Assembly: GCA_018062285.1 (NCBI GenBank)
Contig: JAGOSO010000001.1
Span: 100,137-164,136, forward strand
DNA from: Minisyncoccota bacterium
GTDB taxonomy: Bacteria > Patescibacteriota > Minisyncoccia > 2-02-FULL-40-12 > GWA2-44-9
Length of the DNA stretch: 64,000 nucleotides
Direction of reading: 5' to 3'
Position numbers and translations under genes: made by a program
Notes under the pieces: model-generated
What the model saw: the letters and a program-made list of their open reading frames with translations, nothing else
Told to the model about the DNA's origin: nothing
Databases searched by the model: none
In this document: piece by piece, positions 1 through 9,400 of the stretch
Position numbering within the stretch: position 1 is the stretch's first letter
Layout of the letters: every line of letters begins with the position of its first letter

Positions 1-1009
1 CTGGAAGATGTGCTCCGCCACCCGAAACCACAATCCCCGCTGGCAACATTCCCACTCGTGATGCTTTCTTCAATTCAGCTGTTACGAGATCTAAAAATTC
101 ACCAACACGAGCATCGACTACTCTAATCAATTGCTTCTTTGGTAAAATAAAACTTTCTTCTCCCATCAGTTTGGAAAGATCTAGGTTTTCTTTTTTGCGA
201 AGATCTTCCGCCATGCCTGTTGTTGCATGCTCCAGTTTAATTCTCTCAGCGACATCCATGGAAGTCCTTAGTGCCATGGCTAAATCATTGGTTATATGAC
301 GAGAACCAATTGGCAAAACCGCGCTGTGAATCAAATCGGCTTCTTCAAAAACAGTTAGCGTAGAAGTCCCTCCTCCAAAATCCAAATGGGCCACACCATA
401 TTCACGTTGATTCTTATCAAGAACAGAAAGAGAAGCAGCCAAAGGAGCAAAGACTAAACCAGCAACCTCAAGGCCATTTTCATTAACGCATTTAACTAAA
501 TTACGAAGATAAGGAGAAAGGCCATCAATTATTAAAACTTCGGCTTCTAGTCGAACCCCTTTCATACCAAGTGGGTTTTTCACATTTTCAGTACCATCAA
601 TAATAAAATTTCGAGGAACAACGTGAACGATTTCGCGATTAGCAGGAAGGCTCACGACTGAAGCTGCCTGAAGAACACGGTCAATATCATTTTGAGAAAT
701 TTCGTTATCCGCTCGAGAAACAGCAATCACCCCTCGGGACAACTGGCTCTTTATGTGCAAACCATTTACAGCAACATAGGCGCGTTTGAGTTTTGTACCA
801 GCCATGGCTTCGGCTCTTTGGACGGCAGTAGCAACATCGTTGATCGTTTCTTCCATATCTACAACCATCCCTCGACGAAGGCCATGTGAAGAAGCAGCAC
901 CTACTCCTAATATCTCGGGGCGAAGACCATCTCGCTCAACTTTGGCGATGACAACCTTAACTTCTGAGTTGCCTATATCGATTCCGGATATTAGATAGGG
1001 TTTGGACAT
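1..1009 (-). CDS. ftsA: Cell division protein FtsA (partial; C-terminus runs off the window start)
   Basis: Translation from ATG (revcomp at 1007-1009) reads MSKPYLISGIDIGNSEVKVVIAKV...ILGVGAASSHGLRRGMVVDMEET... and later DFGGGTST; this is the actin-like ATPase pattern of FtsA; no stop before position 1. Confidence 0.8.
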   Translation of the reverse strand, partial: MSKPYLISGIDIGNSEVKVVIAKVERDGLRPEILGVGAASSHGLRRGMVVDMEETINDVATAVQRAEAMAGTKLKRAYVAVNGLHIKSQLSRGVIAVSRADNEISQNDIDRVLQAASVVSLPANREIVHVVPRNFIIDGTENVKNPLGMKGVRLEAEVLIIDGLSPYLRNLVKCVNENGLEVAGLVFAPLAASLSVLDKNQREYGVAHLDFGGGTSTLTVFEEADLIHSAVLPIGSRHITNDLAMALRTSMDVAERIKLEHATTGMAEDLRKKENLDLSKLMGEESFILPKKQLIRVVDARVGEFLDLVTAELKKASRVGMLPAGIVVSGGGAHLP

Positions 1010-1026
1010 ACAGTAGAGTGTAAGAG

Positions 1027-1476
1027 TTAGGACTTGGGCAGTGTAGCAATAATATCTTCCTGGAGGTCAATCATCTTTTTTTCATCCTCCGAAGAAGTCT
1101 CGTGATCATAACCAAGCAAGTGCAAGAGTCCATGCACAGCCAATCGGGCCATTTCTTGGTCGATTGGAATATTAATTTCCTCAGCTTGCCGTTCTGCAAC
1201 TTCGAGACAAATAAAAATATCTCCTATTGGAAGTATACCATATTTCTCAAGGCTATGTTCATCCAACGGAAAGGATAAAACGTCAGTCGGCCTGTCTTTG
1301 TGGCGATGCTCTCGGTTAAGCCCCTGACTGCGATCCGGAAGTATTAAATGAAGACCAAGTTCAATCTGCTTGTCCCCCAACCCGAGGTGCTTAAAAGAGT
1401 GTTCAAAAATATTAACAAAAAATTGTTCTGACCATTTCTGATCAGTTGTTTGATTTTCATATACGAAATCGAGCAT
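1027..1476 (-). CDS. ybeY: rRNA maturation endoribonuclease YbeY
   Basis: 149 aa; DVLSFP...GDIFICLEVAERQA...LAVHGLLHLLGYDHE zinc-binding H3xH5xH motif typical of YbeY. Confidence 0.9.
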   Translation of the reverse strand: MLDFVYENQTTDQKWSEQFFVNIFEHSFKHLGLGDKQIELGLHLILPDRSQGLNREHRHKDRPTDVLSFPLDEHSLEKYGILPIGDIFICLEVAERQAEEINIPIDQEMARLAVHGLLHLLGYDHETSSEDEKKMIDLQEDIIATLPKS

Positions 1477-1552
1477 TTAAAAATGATAAGCTAAAACGCC
1501 AAAAAAAGAAATGGCCGCCAGCGCACAAGGCACTGACGGCACAAACAAGCAA

Positions 1553-2116
1553 CTAGTTCTTTGCCCAGCTGGAGCTATCAACCCGGAAGAGCCACTGACG
1601 CTCTTCGCGGAATACGATCTCAGGGCGACCCGAATCAAGAGACATCGTGTTGCCACCACGAATCTCGAAAAGAAGAGTGTGCGAGTGGGGTTTGGCCACA
1701 CCATCATCACCAATCTCTTCGATCGGCTCACTGGCAATGAGAACATCGGTGAATGGCGACCGATTGTAGCCACCATCGGGAATGAGGAGCTCCCAACCTG
1801 CTTGGGGGTGACACTCTTGCAGTCCGACTTCACGGGCCCGGCGGTAAATGGCCGAACGGCGATTGGAACCACGCAAGCCGATGTCTCGGGCCGAAACAAT
1901 CACGTACTTGTCCATCGATTTTTCTGTGACAAGCCCAACACCGCTTCTGGCCAAAAGCTCAGTGGCCCGATCTTCAATAATCGCCCCAAACTTCTTACAC
2001 TCAGCGACAAACACCGCTTTGCTAACCCAGGGGTAAAGCGTGATCGGGAATCCACCCGAAACAATCCTCGCGTGAATAACTCTTCTTTCTTCCAGCATTT
2101 CCTCTAGCGGCGTCAT
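1553..2116 (-). CDS. Hypothetical protein in a GC-rich island (about 55% GC versus about 43% flanks)
   Basis: 187-aa ORF; the opposite strand also has a 198-aa ORF (1511-2107), as often seen in GC-rich DNA; the minus frame sits co-directionally between yqeY and ybeY and reads more protein-like; no family recognised. Confidence 0.45.
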   Translation of the reverse strand: MTPLEEMLEERRVIHARIVSGGFPITLYPWVSKAVFVAECKKFGAIIEDRATELLARSGVGLVTEKSMDKYVIVSARDIGLRGSNRRSAIYRRAREVGLQECHPQAGWELLIPDGGYNRSPFTDVLIASEPIEEIGDDGVAKPHSHTLLFEIRGGNTMSLDSGRPEIVFREERQWLFRVDSSSWAKN

Positions 2117-2192
2117 CCTGACCCCTCTCTAACTGGTTAAAGTGCTAATAAATCAGCCTAAAGATTATAACACAAAATAAAAAAATATCAAC

Positions 2193-2228
2193 AAAACAAA
2201 ACGGACCCAATTGGGTCCGTTTTGTTTT
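2193..2228. terminator. Bidirectional intrinsic terminator
   Basis: ACGGACCCAATTGGGTCCGT perfect hairpin (2201-2220) flanked by AAAACAAA and TTTGTTTT. Confidence 0.7.
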
Positions 2229-2235
2229 GAATAGT

Positions 2236-2724
2236 TTACTTTAGAATTTCTTTGACCATCGTGCTAACACGCTGACCATCAGCTGCACCTTTAGTTTCTT
2301 CTTTAACAGCACTCATGACCTTGCCCATATCTTTGGCAGTCATTGCACCGGTAGAGGCAATCGCCTTTTGGATTATGGCCATCAATGCTTCGTCGGACAA
2401 CTGTTCTGGTAAGTAGGTCATTAAGACTTCGGCTTCGGCTTTCTCGGATTCAGCTAATTCCGGGCGTCCACCTTTTTCAAACTCAGTGATTGAGTCACGG
2501 CGACGCTTCACTTCTGAAGCAACAACGTCTATGGTTTCTTGTTCGGTCAACTGGCAAGCAACTTCGAGCTCGGCGGCATTAGTAATCGTTTTGATTAGCT
2601 TGCCACGCTTCTCAAGTTCCTTGTTTTTGATCGAAGCGATAACCATACCCAACAAAGAGCGTCGGGCTGAATCACCGCTCTTAAGTGCACCTATCATGTC
2701 TGCTTTTAGTTTTTCTTTTAACAT
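2236..2724 (-). CDS. GatB/YqeY domain protein
   Basis: 162 aa; typical YqeY architecture (MLKEKLKADMIGALKSGD...KDMGKVMSAVKEETKGAADGQ...); conserved small helical protein. Confidence 0.85.
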   Translation of the reverse strand: MLKEKLKADMIGALKSGDSARRSLLGMVIASIKNKELEKRGKLIKTITNAAELEVACQLTEQETIDVVASEVKRRRDSITEFEKGGRPELAESEKAEAEVLMTYLPEQLSDEALMAIIQKAIASTGAMTAKDMGKVMSAVKEETKGAADGQRVSTMVKEILK

Positions 2725-2754
2725 ATGTTTTTTATTATACCCAACTAAAATAAA

Positions 2755-2798
2755 ATATCAAATCAAAACGCCCCATAAGGGGCGTTTTGATTTGATAT
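2755..2798. terminator. Intrinsic terminator downstream of rpsU
   Basis: Extended palindrome ATCAAATCAAAACGCCCC-ATAA-GGGGCGTTTTGATTTGAT. Confidence 0.6.
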
Positions 2799-2799
2799 T

Positions 2800-3066
2800 T
2801 TAGAGGTCGATTTCTTGTTTCAACTTTCTCTTTGCTTCGTCAAAAACATCTTTGTCGTAGGTGCCGAGCTTTTCTAATTTGCGTCGGAGACCAGCGAGAT
2901 GGATGCCCATGATTGCAGCATTCTTTTCACGACGTTCAGTTTGTTTTTTGACTCGGAATCTAGTCTTCTTTGCTTTCAACAAAACACCGCTCTGCTGAAC
3001 AAAGCGATTGAATCGGCGCATCATACTGCCGATGGATTCATTTGGTTTTCGTTTTACTTCTACCAT
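2800..3066 (-). CDS. rpsU: 30S ribosomal protein bS21
   Basis: 88 aa, very basic; MVEVKRKPNESIGSMMRRFNRFVQQSGVLLKAKKTRF...KPTTERR-like S21 pattern. Confidence 0.85.
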   Translation of the reverse strand: MVEVKRKPNESIGSMMRRFNRFVQQSGVLLKAKKTRFRVKKQTERREKNAAIMGIHLAGLRRKLEKLGTYDKDVFDEAKRKLKQEIDL

Positions 3067-3142
3067 AAATATACCTCCTTCTATTTATACAGGATACCAC
3101 TAAATGGGCTTGGTATCAAGTTTTATTACTTTTAATTAAAAT

Positions 3143-3166
3143 GAGGTCCGCAACGGCGCGGACCTC
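3143..3166 (-). terminator. GC hairpin downstream of the DUF218 gene
   Basis: GAGGTCCGC-aacggc-GCGGACCTC, 9-bp stem, immediately after the stop at 3165. Confidence 0.5.
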
Positions 3167-3752
3167 AGGCGAATCCCCTGATCTTGGAATAGGTGTACGC
3201 TGCCCATTCATACACCAAGAAAAAGATGGGGAGAATGTAACGATGCTGGGCCGCGTCGAACCCGTAGGCCCCAGGATCATTCACACTTACCCAGTACAGC
3301 TTAGTCTCGGGAGGGGCCAATCTGCGATACGCCGCTAGGGCGCGTCTCATGTGTATGTGGTTAGCCACAATCAGGACACTCTTCTCACCTTCTGCCCCTG
3401 AAAACCGGAGCAGCCTGATGGCAAAATGAACTTCTTCGAATGTATTACGGATGCGAGGATTCCAAGGATTCTTGGAAATTGTAATCGCGTCTGATGGGAC
3501 CCCGTGGTAGACCAGCTGACTCTTCGCCACCTCGGCCAAGTTCTTACCTTTGACCACGAAGCGATTCGTGAACACGACCCGACTAGCCACACCCTTAAAA
3601 TACCAGAGCTTACAACAAAGCAAGATGCTATCCAGAATTTTGCTACAAGCCCCGTTTTTGGCTTGTGGCAACATCATGCCAGCGATGATTGTTGTTTTGC
3701 CCGTAGGCAGGTTGTCGGGAATCTCCCAACATCCAATAAGCCATTGGAACAT
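3165..3752 (-). CDS. DUF218 (YdcF/ElyC/SanA family) protein
   Basis: 195 aa; LIVANHIHMRRALAAYRR matches the DUF218 signature (V/I-T-S-x-x-H-M-x-R-A). Confidence 0.7.
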   Translation of the reverse strand: MFQWLIGCWEIPDNLPTGKTTIIAGMMLPQAKNGACSKILDSILLCCKLWYFKGVASRVVFTNRFVVKGKNLAEVAKSQLVYHGVPSDAITISKNPWNPRIRNTFEEVHFAIRLLRFSGAEGEKSVLIVANHIHMRRALAAYRRLAPPETKLYWVSVNDPGAYGFDAAQHRYILPIFFLVYEWAAYTYSKIRGFA

Positions 3753-3861
3753 TCCAGTCCTCCTTATTTTAATTATACCACAATATTAAATAAAAATCAA
3801 TAGCCTCAAAAAAATTAAGCACTAGGCCTGCCAAGGAGGGGTAACAACCCAAAAAGTGTTA

Positions 3862-3987
3862 CTAATTAAGCGCTTTACCCCCCAAAAGATGCATGTGAAG
3901 ATGTGTGACAATAAAATCATCGTCTTCAAAGATCTTAGCAGATTGAATCTCCTCGCTAATTATTTTGCAGAAAATGTCTTTGTCCAT
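3862..3987 (-). pseudogene. HIT-family (histidine triad) gene remnant, 41 codons, in-frame internal deletion
   Basis: MDKDIFCKIISEEIQSAKIFEDDDFIVT|HLHMHLLGGKALN: the N-terminal HinT-like motif is fused directly to the C-terminal HxHxHxx triad; about 70 central residues are missing; ATG is 1 nt after the stop of the upstream gene. Confidence 0.5.
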
Positions 3988-3988
3988 T

Positions 3989-4684
3989 TTAACTATTTTT
4001 ATTTCCGTATAACTCAATCAGCTTTTCTCTTGTTATTTCTGCACCACCAGTTTTCTTTTTTTCATCAATGAAAGTAATATCGAACCCAAAACTTTTAGTG
4101 GCTCTTTCTGCCTCAAAGATCACTGGCGATATGCCGGTAATTTTAGTTACTCTATTAAGTTTAGGGTCAGTCTGAAGCATTATGGCCAACTTCCCCATGG
4201 CATCTTTAAAAAGATTCAAAATTTCTTTCCGCCCCTTAATAAAAGTAATCGGGATGTGGAGAGCAACAGTATCACCAACAACCTCATACGTAACCAGTCT
4301 ATTCAGCTCAGTGTTTCGGTGGAGGCCATATCTTCTGGCAAGACCCTCGATCTGATCAGGGGTATAATTGGAGATCAAAAAATCACTAACCCTACTCGCG
4401 ATAAGTTTGGTCAGGGAATCCTTTTCCACAACACCAGAATCTTCAATTGTTTTTCTAATCTCTCTAATTTCGCCGACTCTATCTGGAACAACCTGTTCAA
4501 GATGATAAAAAAACTTTTCTACACCATGCCCAAGCACAATAGACTTATCTTCGTCTGGGTACTCTTCTCGGGCCCGCTTTAACATATTGAGGAACCTGCC
4601 AGCCACAGAATCCAAAACATCCTCTTTTTGTGCTGCAGAAAGAGTCTCATTTTTTGGAGCTACAAGTTTTCCTTCAAAATCCAT
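3989..4684 (-). CDS. Hypothetical protein (231 aa from internal Met MDFEGKL...)
   Basis: The tracked ORF 3989-4834 overlaps the hisS C-terminus; a start at the Met just after the hisS stop is more plausible; no recognised domain. Confidence 0.5.
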   Translation of the reverse strand: MDFEGKLVAPKNETLSAAQKEDVLDSVAGRFLNMLKRAREEYPDEDKSIVLGHGVEKFFYHLEQVVPDRVGEIREIRKTIEDSGVVEKDSLTKLIASRVSDFLISNYTPDQIEGLARRYGLHRNTELNRLVTYEVVGDTVALHIPITFIKGRKEILNLFKDAMGKLAIMLQTDPKLNRVTKITGISPVIFEAERATKSFGFDITFIDEKKKTGGAEITREKLIELYGNKNS

Positions 4685-4700
4685 TATCTTTTTGAGGTGA

Positions 4701-6044
4701 CTATTTAACTGGATCTTCTTCGTATTCTTTGCCGGAGGATGGAACACCGAGTGGTTTTTCCTTGAGACGCTTCTTAACTTCTTCGACGATCTTTTCAAGC
4801 AAGATTGTTTCTTGAACACCAGTATCCATTTCACGAAGAATGATTGTACCTTCGAGAGCCTCCTTTTGACCGAAGATTAAAGCAAAGCGAACACCCAAGC
4901 GATGAGCGATGCGGAGCTGGGATTTAATACTGTCACGACCAAGTGACGAACGAGCATCAATGCCGGCTTTACGGAAGCTTTCAAACAAAGGAAGGGCTTT
5001 GCGTTTTGGAGCTTCACCTAATTGAACTAAGAATATTTTTGGTTTAGGACCCAAATCAGGAACATGGACGTTCTTTTCTTTCATGGCCATAATGATTCTT
5101 TCAATACCCATTGCCCAACCAGCGGCTGGAGTCTTAACCCCACCGAGCTGTTCAATTAATCTGTCGTAGCGTCCGCCAGCGACTAAAGTCGATTGCTGAG
5201 AAGCACTATCGTTTGGAATTAATTCGAAAACAGTACGAGTGTAGTAATCCAAGCCACGAACCAAATATGGGTTAAGGATATATGGAACTTTGGCTTCATC
5301 TAAGAATTCCAGAACATGCTTGAAGTGCAATCGACAAGCATCGTCCAAGAAGTCCATCATCTGAGGGGCTTCCTTGGAAGCTTCTTTGCAGCCTTCTTCT
5401 TTACAATCGAGAATACGCAAAACGTTTTCCTTCAATCTGTTCTGACAGTTCTTGCAGAGTTTCTTTGAGCGACTGCGATAAAAATCCTTGAGAGCTTTAA
5501 TGTAAGCTGGGCGGCAGTTCTGATCACCAATGCTATTAATGTGGACGTCATAGTTATCCAAACCTAAAGAATCCAAAAGCTTGTAGGCGATGAAAATCAT
5601 TTCGGCATCAACGGCCTCAGAAGCATCACCAATAGTTTCTAGACCCAATTGATAGAACTGGCGGTAGCGTCCGGCTTGAGGTTCATCATGACGAAACATC
5701 GGATCTACATAGTAGAGCTTCACTGGGTGAGGGCGGACATTCATTCCGTTTTCCAAATAAGCACGGACAGCTGGGGCAGTCCCCTCTGGTCGCAAAGCCA
5801 AGACATCACCACCTTTAGTTTTAAGAGTGTAAATTTCTTTTGAGATAATATCGGATGTCTCACCAACAGAACGATTGAACAAATCAGCCGATTCCAAAAC
5901 CGGAGTGCTGATACGTTCAAAACTGTAATACTCCAAGAGTTGCTCAATCTTCTTTTGAACATAGCGCCAGTACTTTTGATCTTCTGGAAGAATGTCATGC
6001 ATTCCTCGGACGGACTGGATTTGTTTTGCTTTTAGTTTAGACAT
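4701..6044 (-). CDS. hisS: Histidyl-tRNA synthetase
   Basis: 447 aa; class II aaRS motifs, HisRS-specific regions (MHDILPED..., RPEGTAPAVRAY, GGRYD). Confidence 0.95.
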   Translation of the reverse strand: MSKLKAKQIQSVRGMHDILPEDQKYWRYVQKKIEQLLEYYSFERISTPVLESADLFNRSVGETSDIISKEIYTLKTKGGDVLALRPEGTAPAVRAYLENGMNVRPHPVKLYYVDPMFRHDEPQAGRYRQFYQLGLETIGDASEAVDAEMIFIAYKLLDSLGLDNYDVHINSIGDQNCRPAYIKALKDFYRSRSKKLCKNCQNRLKENVLRILDCKEEGCKEASKEAPQMMDFLDDACRLHFKHVLEFLDEAKVPYILNPYLVRGLDYYTRTVFELIPNDSASQQSTLVAGGRYDRLIEQLGGVKTPAAGWAMGIERIIMAMKEKNVHVPDLGPKPKIFLVQLGEAPKRKALPLFESFRKAGIDARSSLGRDSIKSQLRIAHRLGVRFALIFGQKEALEGTIILREMDTGVQETILLEKIVEEVKKRLKEKPLGVPSSGKEYEEDPVK

Positions 6045-6108
6045 AATTTTCTGACCACTTATTAGTTTAAATTAGATTAGTTTATATTTGCTTGCTACGC
6101 AATAGCTG

Positions 6109-6711
6109 CTAAATCGGATAAGTAAACCCTGGAATTTTTGAAAACTTAGAAAATGGCCAAAGACGGATATAGGCCCTACCAGTAATCAATGACTTATTCA
6201 GCGCGCCCCAAACTCTTGAATCAGAACTTTTCATACGGTTATCTCCCATCACAAAGTAATCATTGTCATCCATCTCAACACGCATGTTACCAAGAGTTTC
6301 CTGGCCAGGATCTAGATACGTTTCATTAAGGGTTACACCCTCAGGGTGCTTGTCATTATAGATGGTGACCCTATTGTCTTTTATCTCAACAGTATCGTTA
6401 GGCATACCGATAATTCTTTTTATAAAAAACTGAGACTGATCCAAAGGATAACGAAAAATGATAACGTCGCCACGGCGCGGACTACCCAATTCATATGATA
6501 ATTCATCAACGAAAATATAATCCCCATCCTTGAAATTTGATTCCATTGAGGCACCTTTAACAAAAAACGGCTGAACAACATAATACCGGATCGGTAAAAT
6601 AATAATCAGCGAGATGGCAACAATCTTAATTGTCTCCCAGAAAAAAGCAGCGATTTCGCTCTTTAGGCTAGGCTCATTTTCTATCATGTCTGTCCTGTTT
6701 TCTTGTTCCAT
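6109..6711 (-). CDS. lepB: Signal peptidase I
   Basis: N-terminal TM; GASMESNFKDGD (catalytic Ser region), FIKRIIGMPNDTVEI, GDNRMKSSDSRVWG boxes. Confidence 0.9.
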   Translation of the reverse strand: MEQENRTDMIENEPSLKSEIAAFFWETIKIVAISLIIILPIRYYVVQPFFVKGASMESNFKDGDYIFVDELSYELGSPRRGDVIIFRYPLDQSQFFIKRIIGMPNDTVEIKDNRVTIYNDKHPEGVTLNETYLDPGQETLGNMRVEMDDNDYFVMGDNRMKSSDSRVWGALNKSLITGRAYIRLWPFSKFSKIPGFTYPI

Positions 6712-6822
6712 TTGCTTATTTTACTCCATTTTTTTGCTTTGTTCAATGGGGCATTTTTATAAAAATAAAACGAGCCCCACCATGTTTGTTGATACATGTG
6801 GGGCTCCATCACCAAAGAACCA

Positions 6823-7236
6823 TCACACCAAGGGATCGAGAAGCCATCGAACATGCTCCGCTTTTGAGGCAAGCTCTCCGGCATGGTCAGTGGCGGCCTC
6901 TCTAACCTGAGCAACGAACTTCTCGGCAAGTCTCGACTCTGTCAGCTCGCGATTTCTGGTCTTTTGCAAGATGGCCATAGGCACAAAAAAAATGGCGCTT
7001 AAATCATCTGACCCACAATTCAGCACAGCGGCCAAATGAACGGCGTAGTCCCCTGCGGGAGCATCGACATATCTTGGGGGAAACGAGACTTTGATCACCT
7101 TAACCACCCCGCTCAAACGCTCCAAAGAAGACCAAGCTTTGTGGGCAACACTGAAAGCAGACAAAAGAACAACAGAAGGGACAGGGCGACCGTCCTCCCA
7201 ATTTATTGAAATGCTGACCTTAGTTACCATGACCAT
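6823..7236 (-). CDS. Hypothetical protein in a GC-rich island (about 50% GC)
   Basis: 137-aa ORF with elevated GC relative to flanks; no family recognised. Confidence 0.4.
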   Translation of the reverse strand: MVMVTKVSISINWEDGRPVPSVVLLSAFSVAHKAWSSLERLSGVVKVIKVSFPPRYVDAPAGDYAVHLAAVLNCGSDDLSAIFFVPMAILQKTRNRELTESRLAEKFVAQVREAATDHAGELASKAEHVRWLLDPLV

Positions 7237-7352
7237 CTCCTTGGCCCCGCAGGGCCTCTTGTTTCTGCGCTTTATTGGACGCAGATCATGTTATTTAAAT
7301 AAATAAGCCACAAAAGGTCAATAGTGCAAAAATAAATCATTTTTGGTACAGT

Positions 7353-7934
7353 TTGGTTATGGCAACAACAAAACTAATTGTAGGAATCGGCAATCCAGAT
7401 GCAGAATACCAAGGAACCAGACACAACATCGGGTTTATGTTTTTGGATTACTTGGCTAAAAAGATAGACGCTAATGACTTTGCAGAAGATAAAAAACTAA
7501 ACGCATTGGTCTCTAAATCAAAGATCGAGAAGACTCCAGTCGTTTTGGCTAAGCCCTTATCATATGTAAATAAGTCCGGAGATGTTGTGGGCAAGATGGC
7601 CAGATTCTACAAAGTAAAAGCTAAGGATGTCATTGTTGTTCAAGACGACTTAGATATTGAATTTGGTTCATTCAAGAACTCTTTTGAAAAGAATTCTGGT
7701 GGCCACAAGGGTGTTGAATCTATAATTAAGGCCCTAAAGACAAACAAATTCTTCCGTTTACGAATCGGCACTTCTGTCAGAGCCCTAGAAAAAGCCCGCG
7801 AACAATCAGACAAAAAGAGAGATGCTTTTGTTATGGATTTCGTTCTGGCCAAATTCACACCCAAGGAACAAGAAACGATTAAGAAAATGTTCCCTGAAGT
7901 CTACGCTCGCCTACTAGAACTCCTCAAGCAATAA
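7353..7934 (+). CDS. pth: Peptidyl-tRNA hydrolase
   Basis: LIVGIGNPDAEYQGTRHNIGFMFLDYLA N-terminus is diagnostic. Confidence 0.95.
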   Translation: MVMATTKLIVGIGNPDAEYQGTRHNIGFMFLDYLAKKIDANDFAEDKKLNALVSKSKIEKTPVVLAKPLSYVNKSGDVVGKMARFYKVKAKDVIVVQDDLDIEFGSFKNSFEKNSGGHKGVESIIKALKTNKFFRLRIGTSVRALEKAREQSDKKRDAFVMDFVLAKFTPKEQETIKKMFPEVYARLLELLKQ

Positions 7935-7942
7935 TTTAACCA

Positions 7943-7976
7943 AACTAAAACCCGCCACATCGGCGGGTTTTAGTTT
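7943..7976. terminator. Bidirectional intrinsic terminator between convergent genes
   Basis: AAACTAAAACCCGCC-acat-GGCGGGTTTTAGTTT. Confidence 0.7.
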
Positions 7977-7991
7977 GGTTACCAAAGAAGA

Positions 7992-8678
7992 CTAATTGTC
8001 GCCAATTCTCTTCTTTAATTGACCAATGGCTTCTTCAGCATGACGAGCGCCACCAAGACCAAAGGAAAGACCAATGGCCAAGGAGATAGCAGCAATCAAA
8101 CCAAGAATGACATATTTGATAACATCATCAGCAACTTTAAGCTGAACCAATGCGATCAATAAACCAAAGACAAATACAGCCCACTTGGTTAAGGCGCCAA
8201 GGAAGTTAGCAGAAGCCAACCCGGCTGCCCTAACAGAACCCTGAACGATGCCTTCCAAGAACTTAGCAACCAAGATACTGACCAACAAAATGATTGCTGA
8301 AATTACCACATTCGGAATGTAGTAAACAACACTTTGAAGGAAATTGGTAACTTCAGTTAAACCTAAGATGTTGGTGGCGGCCATCAAGAACACGATAACA
8401 AAGAACCATTTTACTAATTCGCAAAATAGTTTTGGAGTGTCCAAGCGGAATCCACTTTTTTCCCAAGCTCTACGGAAACCAACTTTCGTTAATGCGTTAT
8501 CAATGTGTAAGACTCGGACAATATGATAGACAAGCTTACCGAGCAATACAGCTACTAACCAACCAATCAAAAATACTACTAAGGCAGCAACGAGGCGCGG
8601 AATAAAGCCGGCCACGCTAGACCAAAGAGTAAGCAAAGAACCCTGAACGATATCTGATGCTTGTAATACTTCTAACAT
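7992..8678 (-). CDS. Multi-pass membrane protein (TM-helix repeat / MscS-N-terminal-like)
   Basis: 228 aa, five or more hydrophobic helices, repeated GLxxVxNFLxxL-like segments. Confidence 0.55.
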   Translation of the reverse strand: MLEVLQASDIVQGSLLTLWSSVAGFIPRLVAALVVFLIGWLVAVLLGKLVYHIVRVLHIDNALTKVGFRRAWEKSGFRLDTPKLFCELVKWFFVIVFLMAATNILGLTEVTNFLQSVVYYIPNVVISAIILLVSILVAKFLEGIVQGSVRAAGLASANFLGALTKWAVFVFGLLIALVQLKVADDVIKYVILGLIAAISLAIGLSFGLGGARHAEEAIGQLKKRIGDN

Positions 8679-8773
8679 ACAACACCTCCATTCATATAAA
8701 TAAAACTAAATAACTACACTTATGATAGAAGTATAGCATTTCCAACAAAACCAAGATGCGTTTATGTTGATAT

Positions 8774-9289
8774 CTATTTGTTTTTGTAAGCGAGACTACC
8801 CTTCTCAAAAGCTTCCTCGGCTTCTTTGCGCCCCTTCCAGCCAGGAATAACAACAACTTTATCTTGAAGTTGTTTATAGGTTTCGTAAAAGTGAGCAATT
8901 TCTTTGAGGGTGTGCTTGTTGATGTCTTCGAGGTCTTTGACATGCTCCCAGCGTGGATCGCCAACAGGAACAGCAATAACCTTATCATCTGACTCCCCTG
9001 AATCATTCATGTGCATTAAGGCCACTGGACGAGCTTTAACTAATAAGCCCGGGAATAATGGGTGTGTAGTTAACAGGACCACATCTAAAGCGTCGCCATC
9101 TTCCCAAAGAGTCTGAGGAACAAAGCCATAATCATATGGATAGTGCTGAGTTGTATGCAAAACACGATCCAGAGCAATTAGACCGGTCTTTTTATCAATT
9201 TCGTATTTATTGTGTGAGCCCTTTTGCACTTCAATGATCACATTGATTTCTTCTTTTGTGCCCGGGGCTAAATCTGTTAAGACATTCAT
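8774..9289 (-). CDS. ppa: Inorganic pyrophosphatase (family I)
   Basis: HYPYDYGFVPQTLWEDGDALDVVLL canonical PPase motif. Confidence 0.95.
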   Translation of the reverse strand: MNVLTDLAPGTKEEINVIIEVQKGSHNKYEIDKKTGLIALDRVLHTTQHYPYDYGFVPQTLWEDGDALDVVLLTTHPLFPGLLVKARPVALMHMNDSGESDDKVIAVPVGDPRWEHVKDLEDINKHTLKEIAHFYETYKQLQDKVVVIPGWKGRKEAEEAFEKGSLAYKNK

Positions 9290-9400
9290 TTCGACAAAAA
9301 TATTCTCGCAAAAATCTTGACGAACCCGTCCACCAATAAGGTGGACGGTGAGACTTCTGAGAGAATTTATTACTATTAAATTATACTACAAAAATTCATT

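Noticed and set aside
1511-2107. 198-aa plus-strand ORF
   Set aside because: It is antisense to the 1553-2116 ORF in GC-rich DNA (few stop codons on either strand). The minus frame is co-directional with flanking genes and reads more protein-like. Neither can be confirmed without homology search.
3143-3340. Locally GC-rich patch at the 3' end of the DUF218 gene
   Set aside because: Short and explained by a GC hairpin terminator plus codon choice. Not counted as an island.
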